NCBI RefSeq assembly: GCF_036321535.1
Contig: NC_087436.1
Coordinates: 29,886,001-29,950,000 of the forward strand
Reading direction: 5' to 3'
DNA length: 64,000 nt
DNA from: Camelus dromedarius
Lineage: Eukaryota
A model generated the notes under the pieces. That model was not told the origin of the DNA. It saw only the letters and a program-made list of their open reading frames with translations, and did not search any database. Each line of letters starts with the position of its first letter. The stretch's first letter is position 1. This document shows positions 1 to 11,734 of this stretch, piece by piece. The translations under genes and the position numbers were made by a program.

Positions 1-409
1 CATTTTTGTGGCCTGTATAAACATACTATAACATTGTTCCAAAGACCTAAAAAAATAGATATTTTTTTCTCTTTGTAGAGGATACATTTTTTATATAGTG
101 TATTATTTTAATATTATAAATACGTGTGATATTTACACTTAAACATAGGAGAAGTCATACAGCCAATATATATCTGCCATGTAATTCACTCTAGTACATT
201 AATACATCTCCAGTAAAGAATATTTAGGTAATTTTCACCTAACTATTCCCTTAACACTAATATATCATGACGTGAATCTTTGTCATAAATGTTCCTCCAT
301 ATTGCATATGTTAGTCTGCATATATTCCTCACCTCATTTTTCTGTGGAGTAATATTATTTAATTATGAATATTTTGTGGTACTTTATACTGAAATTTCTA
401 GAGGCAAAG

Positions 410-590
410 TCCTTGGCTATACCATTTTCTAGCTCTTCAACTTGGGCAAGATTCTCAGCTTCTCTGTATCGCAGTTACTAATCAAAAAATAATTTGTTTT
501 TAATACCTACCACTGAGAAGTCATCTGAGGAGAAAATGATAATTCCAAAAAAGTTCTTAGAAGAGAGCCTTACAAGTACTCATGAAACAT
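410..590 (+). mobile_element. MIR SINE relic
   Basis: Core-like 'cttgggcaag...ctcagcttctctgtatcgcagtt...aatacctac...tgaggagaaaatgataat' resembles the MIR consensus. Confidence 0.6.
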
Positions 591-1481
591 TAACTCTAGA
601 ATTACCTTCCTTGCCTTACTTTCACAGAAGGCTGTCTTTTATGAATAAAAGATAATGTGATCTTTTTATACCCCAAGCTACTCTACCTAACACCCCAAGC
701 CATCCTCTTCCCCACTGCCATTGGCTTCCTTCGCAGTGAATTCAGCCTGGATGTTATCACAATTTCTGATTAAGTCAGGGAAACGCTTCCATAGGCGTGG
801 CAATAACTGCATTCTGCTGCTTAAACGCAACTGGTTCCCCAACAAAATCTATAACTAAGCCCTCTGCCCCTCAGGAAACTCTTGTCCTGAGATGTTAGGC
901 TCCAGAGGAAAGTCAGAGCCACTGGAGCTGGGGCTTCTGAGAGGCCAGGTGACCGCACTTTGTAATGTAAGTCTATCTTCTGAAACCCATATGACTATAA
1001 CTTTCATATTACTTGCCATTGAGTTTCTTTAAGAGTTTAATAGACTCTAAAAAGTTGGAGTTTTATCCAAGCAAAAGACAAAAAAGGTCCTTGAGCAAAG
1101 TATGTACATAAACTCTCAGTGATTGGCTACTTCGCCCTGAACTTTCTGATCTAGCAATGGTCTCCTCCAATTTCAAAATAAAGTCTTCTGAAGTCTCCAG
1201 GCTCCAATATTATTATGAAAACACTGAGAAGAGATTTTGTTATTTCAGAAATACAATGTTCAATATTGGACCCTTAAATCTATTTTCCTATGTTCCTTGA
1301 TTTGCTCTTTTCCTTACTCTTGTCTGTCTGCCTAAGACTTCAACAAATTTTTGAATACACTTTGAAACTTATGGAATATTCTAAAATTGATAATAACTCT
1401 GGGACTATGCATTTTTTCCACACAGTATTGCTCTAATGTTTTTACAAGATATCTTTCATTTTTCTTTTTCTTTTTTTTTTT

Positions 1482-1968
1482 GAGTAAAGGTAGATTTATT
1501 CAGAGAGACACATTGAAAGGCAAGAGAAAGGCCACAAGATGTGGGAGTTAGGTACTCAGATTAAAAGTAGGTACACACTCCATAGACAGAGTGTGGGCTG
1601 TCTCTGAAGAGGGAGCGAGAGAGGGCAGCGGCAAGGCACTTTTTATGGGCTTGGTGGCTCCATAGCTAATTAGTGGAAGCACCAGTCTAACCAGCCTGGG
1701 GAAGGGGCTGGGATTCCCAGGAAGTTGGCCATTTCCCACTCTTCAACCCTTTGTGGCTAGCCTTGGGGCTGCTGTGGCGCCTGTGGGCATGTTATTCACC
1801 ATGTTAGTATATTACAATAGGCATATAATGAAGCTCAAGGTCTACTAGAAGTTAAATCTCCCACCATCTTGAGCCTCAAGGCCTACTGGGGGTTGAATCT
1901 TTCACCATTTTGATGTTAATTGCTGTAGCATTCCTTGAATGGCTGTGCCCTGCCCCCTTCCTGTATCA
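1482..1968 (-). mobile_element. 3' LTR, U3-R only (U5 absent), MER41-like
   Basis: Starts TGATACAGG right after purine tract GAGAGGGGAA (1969-1978). TATA-like CATAAAAA at ~1640-1647, MER41-type 'cactctgtctatggagt', AATAAA at 1495-1500, no terminal U5/CA. Confidence 0.75.
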
Positions 1969-4019
1969 TTCCCCTCTCAGAGATTTTACTCCCATAGTAT
2001 TACGGGGTTGCAGAGGGGTGAAGGTCCAAGTCTTCTGAAACTACTTCCAGGCTGAGTAGGGGCGTTGATCCCATTTAACAGGGAGTAAAAATCTCTGAAT
2101 GCCTAATCTAGGGGCCCTAGGAGCAGGACAGCCTTTTGTTTTTGCTTCCAGAAGTTTAAGAGTATGGGCTAGAATCCTCGTTTAGCCATCATGTGATGTG
2201 GGGCTGCTGTAACCCACTGTTTCCATTGACTTCTGATGAATTTTCTTAAAGATGAAGCACCTTTGTAACAACAGTTTGACAGCCTGTAATAACAAAAAGA
2301 CTTAAAAGCCATGGCTAAACATTTGTAATTGATAATGAGGCTTGTTTGTAATTATTAGAATTATGACTGATTGTATTTAACATGTTAAATAATCCTAGTT
2401 AACTTAGTATCTAAGATGTCTCTCTCTTTTTTTTTTTTTGAGCATCTCAAAGTTAGCTGGTGCTACAAAGAGCTTTTAGAATTTGTTAAACATTTAAAAT
2501 CCTGATTATGCATGAATTTTTTTTTGTATTTTATGAAACTCTTTTACTGAAAACATACATACTTTCCCACTGCATATTAAAATACTTATTTTAGGAGCTT
2601 TAATTACATATTGTAATTTTAATCCTTAAAAACCTAAATTTCTGGCAAAAACCAAGAAGCAAGCAACTGTGAATTGGTTGTCATATCACCGTTTCCTGAC
2701 TGGAAACTTATGTTTTAGTTTTTTTTTTCCCCTAAGGCAAAGGTAGATGAATCTAGACCTTCCCAGCAATTAATGTTTTAATATTTTATAAATGACACAG
2801 ATAGTGAAAATTTTAACTTAGTTTCAAGTTTTAAGTACCGAAATTTGAGGAGACAATTTTAGATATTTCCAAAACAAACACCTATAGAGTTTACCCAAAA
2901 TCTCTTACTTTGTTACTTTTTTTAAAGTTTTTTTTAATTGAGTTATTTTTCTTATTGACAAATTTGTAACAGATGTAATAGTCTTACTTGACCTCTAGTA
3001 AGCCTAGGCAGAACAGAAGTATTATACTTAACACTGATGTCTCTAAAGACATGTTTATATTAATTAAACCAAAAAGCTTAAGCTAGCTTTAATACCAATA
3101 CCAGTACTGAATACTTTTTAGATAATGTGAATCTGAAATTTATTTTGGCCAGTTTTCTCTATGTTTGAGTATTTATATAAGTACTTAATTTTCTTAAGCC
3201 AATTAAAGAGCTTCTTTACCATTTAATTTTGCCAGTACCATACATCTATGACATACAAACCAGACACTTTATGGTTTTTATTTTAAAACTTTAGTCATGA
3301 ATCAGATATAACAAAGTAAAACCCATTAGCTACAAAAGAGGTTGGATTTAAACTGGCAGATAGAATTTAAGTTGCCCATCTAGATGGCTAAGCCTTTTTA
3401 CTAATATTTATGAAAAAGAGACAAAATTGTTCCTTGTTCTTAGCAAACTAAGTTCCAAATTATTTATTTCCCCCCCCCCTTTTTTTTTTTTGAGATTAGG
3501 ATTTTAAAAAGATAGTGAGATCAGGGTTCCTGGAGAAGACAGGGTAGAATATTTGTATATCAAAGGCATAGGAAGGCGAGTTTCTCCCAGAAAGACTTTG
3601 TTTCTTTAAGGCTAGGGAAAAAAAAAAAACAAACAACTTTTAGAAAAAAATACTTGTCTCTTAAGATAAATATGTAGGGGAGGTTTTGGGAGGTGAAGAA
3701 GGATTGGTGGGCTTTGTAACATTTTCGGAGCCACACCTCTAGACTTGTAAAGACTAGATTTGTGGAACAAAGAGTTTTGTTTTTCTTCATGTAGCTTAAG
3801 GGAGGCTTTCCCCAAAAATTCTTATCAGGCTTCGAATATCAGCTACGGTCAGCTTAGTCCAACTGATGGCCTCCCATTTGGCCATCTATTTACAAGCACT
3901 TTTGAGAAGCCTTTCTAGATTTGAGAAGTTTTTTACTTAAGGCTCTTGTTTCGGCCTTTGATCTGAAGAGACTTGCCTACAGCCTCACGTGGTCCCATTT
4001 CTAATGATAACCTGACAAT

Positions 4020-4232
4020 AGTAGCTCTGTCAGGGCCCTTAGTTTCCCAGATAGCAGGGTTTACTTGAGAAAAGATACGGGGTGGAAGGGAGACCTCTTC
4101 TGGTTTAGTATTGAGGTGGGTTCTCAAGGCCAAGAGCAGTCATTTTTCTTGGTGGGTGCCTTCTTCATGAGGATCTCCAAATTGTAGTACTGTCTGGAAT
4201 TTAGTGAGTAAAATCCCTTCCAAAAAAGGGGC
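4020..4232 (-). pseudogene. Gammaretroviral protease C-terminus / RT N-terminus remnant
   Basis: Translates PFFGRD/(frameshift)LLTKFQ...*...SQVNPAIWETKGPDRA, matching the ERV1 motifs PLLGRDLLTK and VNPxVW...PGRA. One frameshift and one stop. Confidence 0.75.
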
Positions 4233-5019
4233 CATTTTTCTGATTGTATCTGTGAGGTTGTATTCAACACAGATAAAGATATACACTACCCAAGTGTTCT
4301 CAAAAATCCTTTCTACATACCCTTACTTCAATTGAAGCAGGAATTCAAGGTCCCAAAGTTACTTATCTATGACTGATCTCAATTTAGATGAAACATTTAT
4401 TTCTTCTGGTGGGAATGAGCTCAGTATTGCTAAGTAAGAGTGAAAAACAAAACAAAACAAAATAAAACTCTCTTTTAAAATTCTGAATTTTTTTAACCAC
4501 TTAGTCACTCTAAAATAACTTCATGAATCTCTTGCTTCACCCTCTTAGAACTCTGGAGGTGATCTGATTTCCAGGGTTAGTGACAAAGTTTGGGATTATG
4601 GATCATACTTCTTCAGAGCTTGTGGGCTGCTTAATTCTTAACCATTCTTTGTCCATTCTGATATCCAGAGCTACCCAGTCACTTAGTGTGTTTCTAGTCA
4701 CTGTCTGTGTGCCTCCCTTGTTGAAACCCTTCATTACAGCATGGTCTTTGACCACCAGTTTCACAAGTTCTTTGACTTGTACCTTTCTCGAGAGGCTTTT
4801 GGATATAGTAGATTACACTCAGCCTATCTTTTGTGCTCTGAGTATGCTGTTCAGTATTTGAATGCTGCTTCTCACCACATTCCATTTTTCAGTGTTCTCC
4901 AAGATCACTCATAATCTCTTTGCCTTACATAGTTCTCTTCCAGTCTTTCTCTTCCGCACTGGTCACACACCGAATGTAGGGTTTTCCTGAAAGTAATGTG
5001 GTCTCCTAAGACGTCTAGG

Positions 5020-5210
5020 TTAGTAACTTCCAAGGTGGTGGGGAAGAAAACATGGGAGGAGGCAATATATGTTCCCAGGGGAGCATTTGGAAGTGTGTGG
5101 GCAGTGCTTTCTGGTTTTCACAATTACGGAGTCAATGTTTACAAGGGAACCACAAAACTAAAAATTATTCTCCACAAAATGTCGTTAACATCCATTTATG
5201 AAACACTCCC
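5020..5210. mobile_element. MER20-like hAT-Charlie MITE
   Basis: 'ccaggggagcatttggaagtgtgtgg...tggttttcacaa' and 'aattattctccacaaaatgtc...gaaacact' match MER20 consensus blocks. Confidence 0.6.
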
Positions 5211-5899
5211 AGAATAACAGAAAAATTTTCTCATAGCTCACAGATTAATTCTGCAGTAGCATCTACTGCCTGAATCTCTTCTTCTGCCCTGCACTTTGAA
5301 CCGGAAGAGGATTTGATTCAGGAATCAAATTACTTCAACTCCAAATCTCTTGCTCTACAAATTTTATATTTTGTTTAGGTTGAAAACTGGCTCATGGGTA
5401 ATTGTTTCAAGTTTGCTATTTGTGAATAAGCCATATGCTTTTTTTTAGGACTTTTAAAAAATTTGGGAATCTCATCCCCTTTAGTAAAACAATAACTTTT
5501 CTCTTTCAAATACATGACTTTTACTTTGGTTTATATTAAAAACCTTTACTCTCAAGGAGTTCACTTTTACTAAGGTTTAAAAAATTAACACATTTTAAAT
5601 GATACAATTGGCTTATTTGTTCCAATCAACTTTCCCTGTGAAATAGGAGGTGGAAGATCTCAATACAAGAAACAGTAAGAAAAGGAAAATCTGTTTACTG
5701 TTTCCAAATAAAATGTAAAAAATTGATTTATAATTCTATTTACATTATGTAATGATTTAATTTCATTGATATGATTGATGTACACAATAGTCTGTGACAT
5801 TTCATTATAGTGAGGTCTTTTTTTTTAAACTGTATTTGATAGAGATAAAAAGAAATAAGTGGATGAATGAATGAATATATTGATGCTATTTCCTTTTTG

Positions 5900-6633
5900 T
5901 TATTTAGGTGGTATGTTTTACATTTTGAAAATGCATAACACCCATGTAATCCACACCTCTATCAAGAAATGGATCATTTACGTTCCACCAGAAGTCTCTA
6001 CATGCTCCTTTCCAGTAAAACACCCTTTTCCCATGACTAATCATACACTGCTCTGATTTCTATTACCATAAATTAGTTTTGCCTCTTCTAGAATTTCATA
6101 TAAATGGAATTATACAGTATATACAGTTTATGTCTGGCTTTACCTACTCAATCATTTTCTCAGTGTAATGCTTTTGAGGTTCATGAATGTTCATACAAGT
6201 ATTACTAATTCATTCTTTTAAGCACCTTTTAAATACTGAGTAATATTCTATTGTATGAAGATTACAGTTTATTTTATTCTTGATGAGCATTTCATAAGTG
6301 TCTGGTTTCTTGCTATTTTGAACAAATCTGCTATGAAGATTCTTGTGCAAGACTTTCATGCAGATACATTTTCATTTCTCTTGGATAAATATCCAGGACA
6401 TAGCATTTGCTATGTCTCCAGGGTAGTTGTGTGTTTACCCATGTACAAAAATATCAGCAGTGTGTGAATATTCCAGTTTCTTCATCTTCTCATCAATATC
6501 TAGTGTGATCCCTTTACCATATTAGTTATTCTTTATGGTACATGGAATAATCGTACTATGGCTTTTATTGACATTTCATTGGAAAATAATATTGAGCAGT
6601 TACTCATGTTCCTGGAAATTTTTCAGTATGTAG

Positions 6634-6672
<39 letters not shown>

Positions 6673-8095
6673 TGTATTCATATTTTTCTTGCTGTGTGTT
6701 TATGTGTCAGAGAGAGGGAACTCAAGTAATTTGGATATTCTGTTTTCTGAAGAAACTATTTATATGTTCTGGATAGAAGTTCTTATCCAGTACATATTTA
6801 TTAAATATCCTCTTTATTCTCTGATGTGCATATTTATTTCTTCAGTAGTGTCTCTGGAATAAATGAAATATTTTAATTTTAATAAATTTCAGTTTTTCAT
6901 TTTTATCTATTGATTAATCCAGCTTTATAGACACTTTGAAATAGAAGAGTCCAATTTTTCCATTATGTTTATTTTACTATTATTTTGGTTATTTTAGATA
7001 TTTTGCATATTCATACATATTTTAGAATCTGTCAGTTTTTATAAAAAGTAAGTTGAACCTATGGATTGTTTGGGGAAGAATAAACATGCTAACCATATTG
7101 AATATTCCAGTAAATATACATTGAATAGCTTTTCATTTTTGTAAGTTTTTCCTTAAGTTCAGTAGTTTAGAGAACTTAGACATATTTTAAGTTTCTGAAG
7201 CATTTTATTGTATTGAATGCCATTGTAATGTCAGTCAATTTTATTTTTTAATATTTTTTTGGCTAGCATATAAAAATGTATTTTATTTTGTATAATTTCT
7301 TTACATTATTGATTTATTATTAGTTCTAATAGTTTGGGGTAGATTCTTATGATTTTTTATGTGTAAAATTATACCATCCATAATAGAGTTTCTTTTATCC
7401 TTCCAAATCATTAAACATTTGGATTATTCTTTCCTTTATCATGGTTAGGACATGCAATACCCATTAAATACAAGTAATGTGAAGAGGAAACTTCAGCTTA
7501 TTCTGATCTTACAGAAAAAGCATTAATATTTTGCCATTAAATATGATATTAGTTGTATGTTTTCCATACTTTTTTTTAAATCAGATTGGATATGCTTGCT
7601 TCTATTTGTCTTTGCTGTGGGGCTTTATCATAAATAGCTGTTGTAGTATGTCAAATGCTTTTTCTGCCTCTGTTGTTATTAAGTCTATTCATGTGGTGAA
7701 TCACATTGTCTGATTTCAAATGGTAACCCCGTCATTATTTCTAAGAATCAGACATCTTGGTTAGAATATATTACTTTATATATTTCTGTATTTAATTGCC
7801 AATACTATGTTAATGTTTTGGGGTGGGTTTTGGGGGGGACTTATTTTGTATATAGATTCCTGAAGGATAATAGTCTATTATTTTCTTTTCTTATAATATC
7901 CTAATCTGCTCTTGCTATAAGGGTTATTGTTGCCCATTAAAATTAACTGAAAGTTTTCCCTCTTTTATTGTTACAAAGATTTTATATATTATTTATATTA
8001 TTAATTTTTTAGATGTTTAATAGAATTTACCAGTGAAACCATCCAGGCCTGCAGTTTTATTTGTGTGAAAGTTTTTGATATAATTTTATGTTTTA
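5900..8095 (-). mobile_element. Ancient L1 (L1M-type) 3' UTR and ORF2 remnant
   Basis: Antisense L1 hallmarks: 'ttttgcctcttctagaatttcatataaatggaat', 'tcatttctcttggataaata', 'tcaaatgctttttctgc', 'tagaatttaccagtgaaaccatc'. Confidence 0.8.
6636..6668. repeat. (TG)n microsatellite
   Basis: Direct reading. Confidence 0.95.
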
Positions 8096-8114
8096 AAAAA
8101 CAAGTAAGTATCAG

Positions 8115-9130
8115 TGGATTCTAGGAAGCTGGCAGAGTAGAAAGCACTGGAAATCCATCTGTCCACTCAATTCCACTGGCAGAATCTGTCTGATGTGACT
8201 GTTTCGAAACTCTGGCATCTGCTGAATGTTTGCAACTTCCAGGAGAAGGCTTAGTTGGTGAACTGTGGTTAATTTTGGTCAATTTCAGTATCTTAACTCA
8301 GCAATGGCTGCTCATGCCCCATGCCTCAGCCCCATGCAGGCAGCAGAACAAGTTTTCCTGGAGCAGCTTGCATGCAGCTAGTGGGACCCAGGGTGGGCAC
8401 TTAGGACCTTGTACTTCAAATATCAGAGGTCTGTCTGTATTCAAATCATTGATTGTTGGGAGACCATTGTTTTGTTTTTGCCCCGTTGTTTGTTTCCATC
8501 TGGCTAAAGTGACTTCCAGGGAATTTAAAGGCTGAATTCTTTTTCCCTCTTCGATTTTTTCCCCACTTTTGAGAGCAAGACTTTACAGACTGGGACACTG
8601 AAAAGTAACTTCATATACAGGGCAAATTAAAAAGTTCCTGTGCATATCTAGGAAAAGATGAAGAATCAGAAAATTTCCCGAAGAACTTAGGTTTACACTA
8701 CAGGTTGATCTTTGTCACAAAGATAGTCTACAGCAATTAAAAATAACAGAAAACATTGAGAAGGGGAAAAATCTGCTATCTAGAGTAACCACAGTATTAG
8801 ATTCATATGTTCACTTTTCAACAAAAAAAAAATCACAAGACATACAAAGAAAGAGAAAAATATGTCTCATTCAAAGAAGAAAAAATAAAACAGAGAAATT
8901 TTTTCTAAGAAAGATATGTCAGATCTACCACACAGAGATTTTAAACAACTATCATAAAGATGTTCAAAGAACTAGAGGAAGACAGATGAAGTCAAGAAAA
9001 CAATATATGAACAAAATGGAAATATCAATAAAAAGAGAACTTAAAAAATTTTGGAGCTGAAAAGTAAAATAACTAAAATGAAAATTTCAGTAGCGGATTT
9101 CAAAAGTGGATTTGAGTAGGCAGAAGAAAG
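8115..9130 (+). mobile_element. Old L1 5' UTR plus start of ORF1
   Basis: 'ggaagctggcagagtagaaagcactggaaatc...cactggcagaatctgtctgatgt' L1M 5' end, then A-rich ORF1-like 'aaatcacaagacatacaaagaaa...tttgagtaggcagaagaaag'. Confidence 0.7.
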
Positions 9131-10174
9131 TTTTAACACCATTTAAAAAATAACAAATTAGCTAATTTGGTTTAGCCAGGTTGAGCAGAAATACTGGTAA
9201 AAATATCAAACTCTAAAATAGAAGCAACAAAATAAGAAAATTCAGATAGGAAAAACAAACAAACAAAAAATTAACACCAAAAGAAAAAGAATTCATTTGA
9301 CATTAAAACTCTCATGGAACAACACATATCAGAAGTCAGTGGAATAACGTAATGAATGATGAGATATAAACAATGGAGAACATATCCTAGTTCAGAGAAG
9401 TGGACTTTGGACATGAGAAATCATTTGAACTAAGTCAGAGGTGAGTGATTTGGATACACAGACAAATGGATGCTTGCTGGGTAGGTCACTAACCTGGTGA
9501 AGGAAAGTGAAAGCACCACTGATCTTTGAGGAGGTCTACAATGTGTGATGGAAAAAAACTTTTTTTCCTGATCAGCTGAAGTACAATAAAACCGTTTTGA
9601 AAAATGATGCTTATGAAAAGATATATTTCAAACTATCACAGTACTTTTTAGTATTAATAGTAACATATACTATTTTTACTTTACTTTTATTGTTTGGAAA
9701 GTAAATCTCTCAATGGATTAACTCTTCTTTGTTTTTATTCATACAGCAAAAATGGTTTGTGAAAATAGTTTTCTTTAAGGACACTAGTAGAGTCACAGAA
9801 AATTATGTATTTAAATAAAATTTAAAATCTAGGAATTATATATTTTAGAAAGGAAACTACTAAATTACAGTAAGTAACTATAGCATACCTGTGATAAGTA
9901 TTTGTATTTATAATGTATTATAAATTATTCAGCATTAATTAGATGGCCAATAACTTACCAAGAACAAAATTGAGAATCAGAGAAGTGTGTTAGCAGCTTT
10001 CAGTTTGCCTTTTTTTCTTTTCTTTCTTTTTTTTTTTTTTTGGTTTGGGTTTCCTTTCTTTGGACAAACTATCTCCTACCTTAGCCTGGTGCTAGTCGTA
10101 CCTGGTGATGTCTAAGATTTCTGAGGACCTTGGTTCCTAAAGTCTAGCCCTCATATTCTTGACAGTCCCTCTCT

Positions 10175-10492
10175 TAGGGGGATCTTTGGGGTTCCACCAA
10201 GTCAAAACTATTTTTATAATGATAGCAAGACATGTTTTGCCTTTTTTTGCCTTTTTTTGTTATATATATTGATGGTACAAAGCAATGAAGAGTAAAAGCG
10301 TTGGCATCTTAGGGTGAATCAGGACAGGCACAGTACGGTACCAAAGATTATTGTATTTTTCACCTCCACACATAGAAGAAAAAAAAAATTAACATCTACA
10401 ACAAAAATCACTAATTATTATATTATTGCCTTTTAAAAATGTCTTTTTAATATTTTGTGTGAAGCTATGTGAGAAGTATGCATAAAGCACTA
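10175..10492. mobile_element. Charlie1-like hAT DNA transposon relic
   Basis: 'gtcaaaactatttttataatgatagcaagacatgttttgccttttt' and 'tttttaatattttgtgtga...gaagtatgcataaagcact'. Confidence 0.6.
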
Positions 10493-11677
10493 TTTCCACT
10501 TGTCTCTTATTTCTAGCAACCAAAGCTTTAAGACTAGTATATTCTTTCTGATTGACACATACGAAGAGCTCAATAAATATTCCTATAATCGATATTTATC
10601 AGCGCTACTGAAGTGCTTGTGTATATAAAACACAGCATAATTCTAAAGTTACGCTGCCACAAAGTCACCTTCATCTATTTTGAACACTTACTTATTGCCG
10701 TCACCTCTGAATTCCATCAGTGGCAGTTGTTTGCAAGCAAGAGACACCTGGTGAGTGTAAGCTTGACCTTGAGTTTTTGGGGGACCCAACAGAGTCAGAT
10801 GGAACACAGCTCTAGTCGTAGCAGTTGAAAAACTGAATAGCAGAGAAACTAGTTCTAGAGAATACTCAGACTGGCTCATTGCTGGCTTGGTGGAACAGAG
10901 ACTGACTTAAAATACAAAAGCTATACCTGAGCAGCGAGCATAAATTTTGTCATGACTATCCAAAGGGAAAATAGCATTAAACGTAAGGTGGCCTTACAGG
11001 CTTACAGTGACAAGTTAAGCAAAACAGTAGAAAAGTTGTTGCTAACGGAATAAACTTCAGAAGAGACAGGTAACAAACTAAGTAATAGAAGGGGGAAAAG
11101 GAAGAGTAGCTAGAACAGGAGGACAGAGAGAAAGAGGAGGAAGAGAAGAAGGGGGCAGAATATGCAGCATTTCAATGACTTTTTTAGAACCAATATTTGT
11201 AGAATAAAAATGTACTTTTAAAATGTAATGTGTCCACATGCAGTTATTTCTGTGTAGATCTTACTATTATTACCCACATTGGTATTCTGAAAGATCAAGT
11301 AGAATAAATATTATAAAATATAAAGAAATTAAAATAATGATGAAAAGGATAAGAAAATTGAAGGACAATGCAAAAACCAAAAATTCAAGTGATGAACATT
11401 TAGAAACATAAAAAGATTCAGTGGAAGATAGGGGACTTTACAGAAATAGTAGAAGCAATTTTATATAATATACAGAGATTTTGACTCAAAAGATTAAAAG
11501 CTAATTTGGTTTTAGCAGGGTTAAGAAGAAATATTGGGTAAAATATTGAATTCTAAAACAGAAGCAAAAAAATAAAATTAAATAAGATAAAAACTTGCAG
11601 ACAGGTAAAACTAAAGTTAACATCAAAAACAAAAAAATTAGTTTTACATTATACTTCCCATGCAACGACACACATCA

Positions 11678-11734
11678 GAAGAAAGAAAGGAAGAAAGGAA
11701 GGAAGGAAGGAAGAAAGAAAAGAAAGAAAAGAAG
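11678..11734. repeat. (GAAA/GGAA)n purine simple repeat
   Basis: Direct reading. Confidence 0.9.

Larger units (their letters stand above)
1466..4232 (-). mobile_element. ERV1 (MER41-like, non-autonomous) copy with processed-retrocopy structure
   Basis: Minus-strand order: pro/RT remnant, AT-rich internal region, ERV1 3' motif (cgcccctactcagcctggaagtag), PPT, LTR U3-R, AATAAA, poly(A). Flanked by direct repeat catttttct at 1457-1465 and 4233-4241. Confidence 0.75.

Noticed and set aside
680..1030. Relatively GC-rich stretch, possibly an old LTR or regulatory element
   Set aside because: No termini, TSD or family motif I could identify with confidence.
4141..4150. Alternative TSD copy catttttctt (10-bp match to 1457-1466)
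   Set aside because: Protease homology continues to ~4232, so this copy is internal. It does show that the motif is low-complexity, so the TSD call is not conclusive alone.
6558..6862. CVCVCV/HTHTHT ORFs (also at 18.4, 30.0, 50.4 and 55.7 kb)
   Set aside because: Translation of (TG)n/(CA)n microsatellites.
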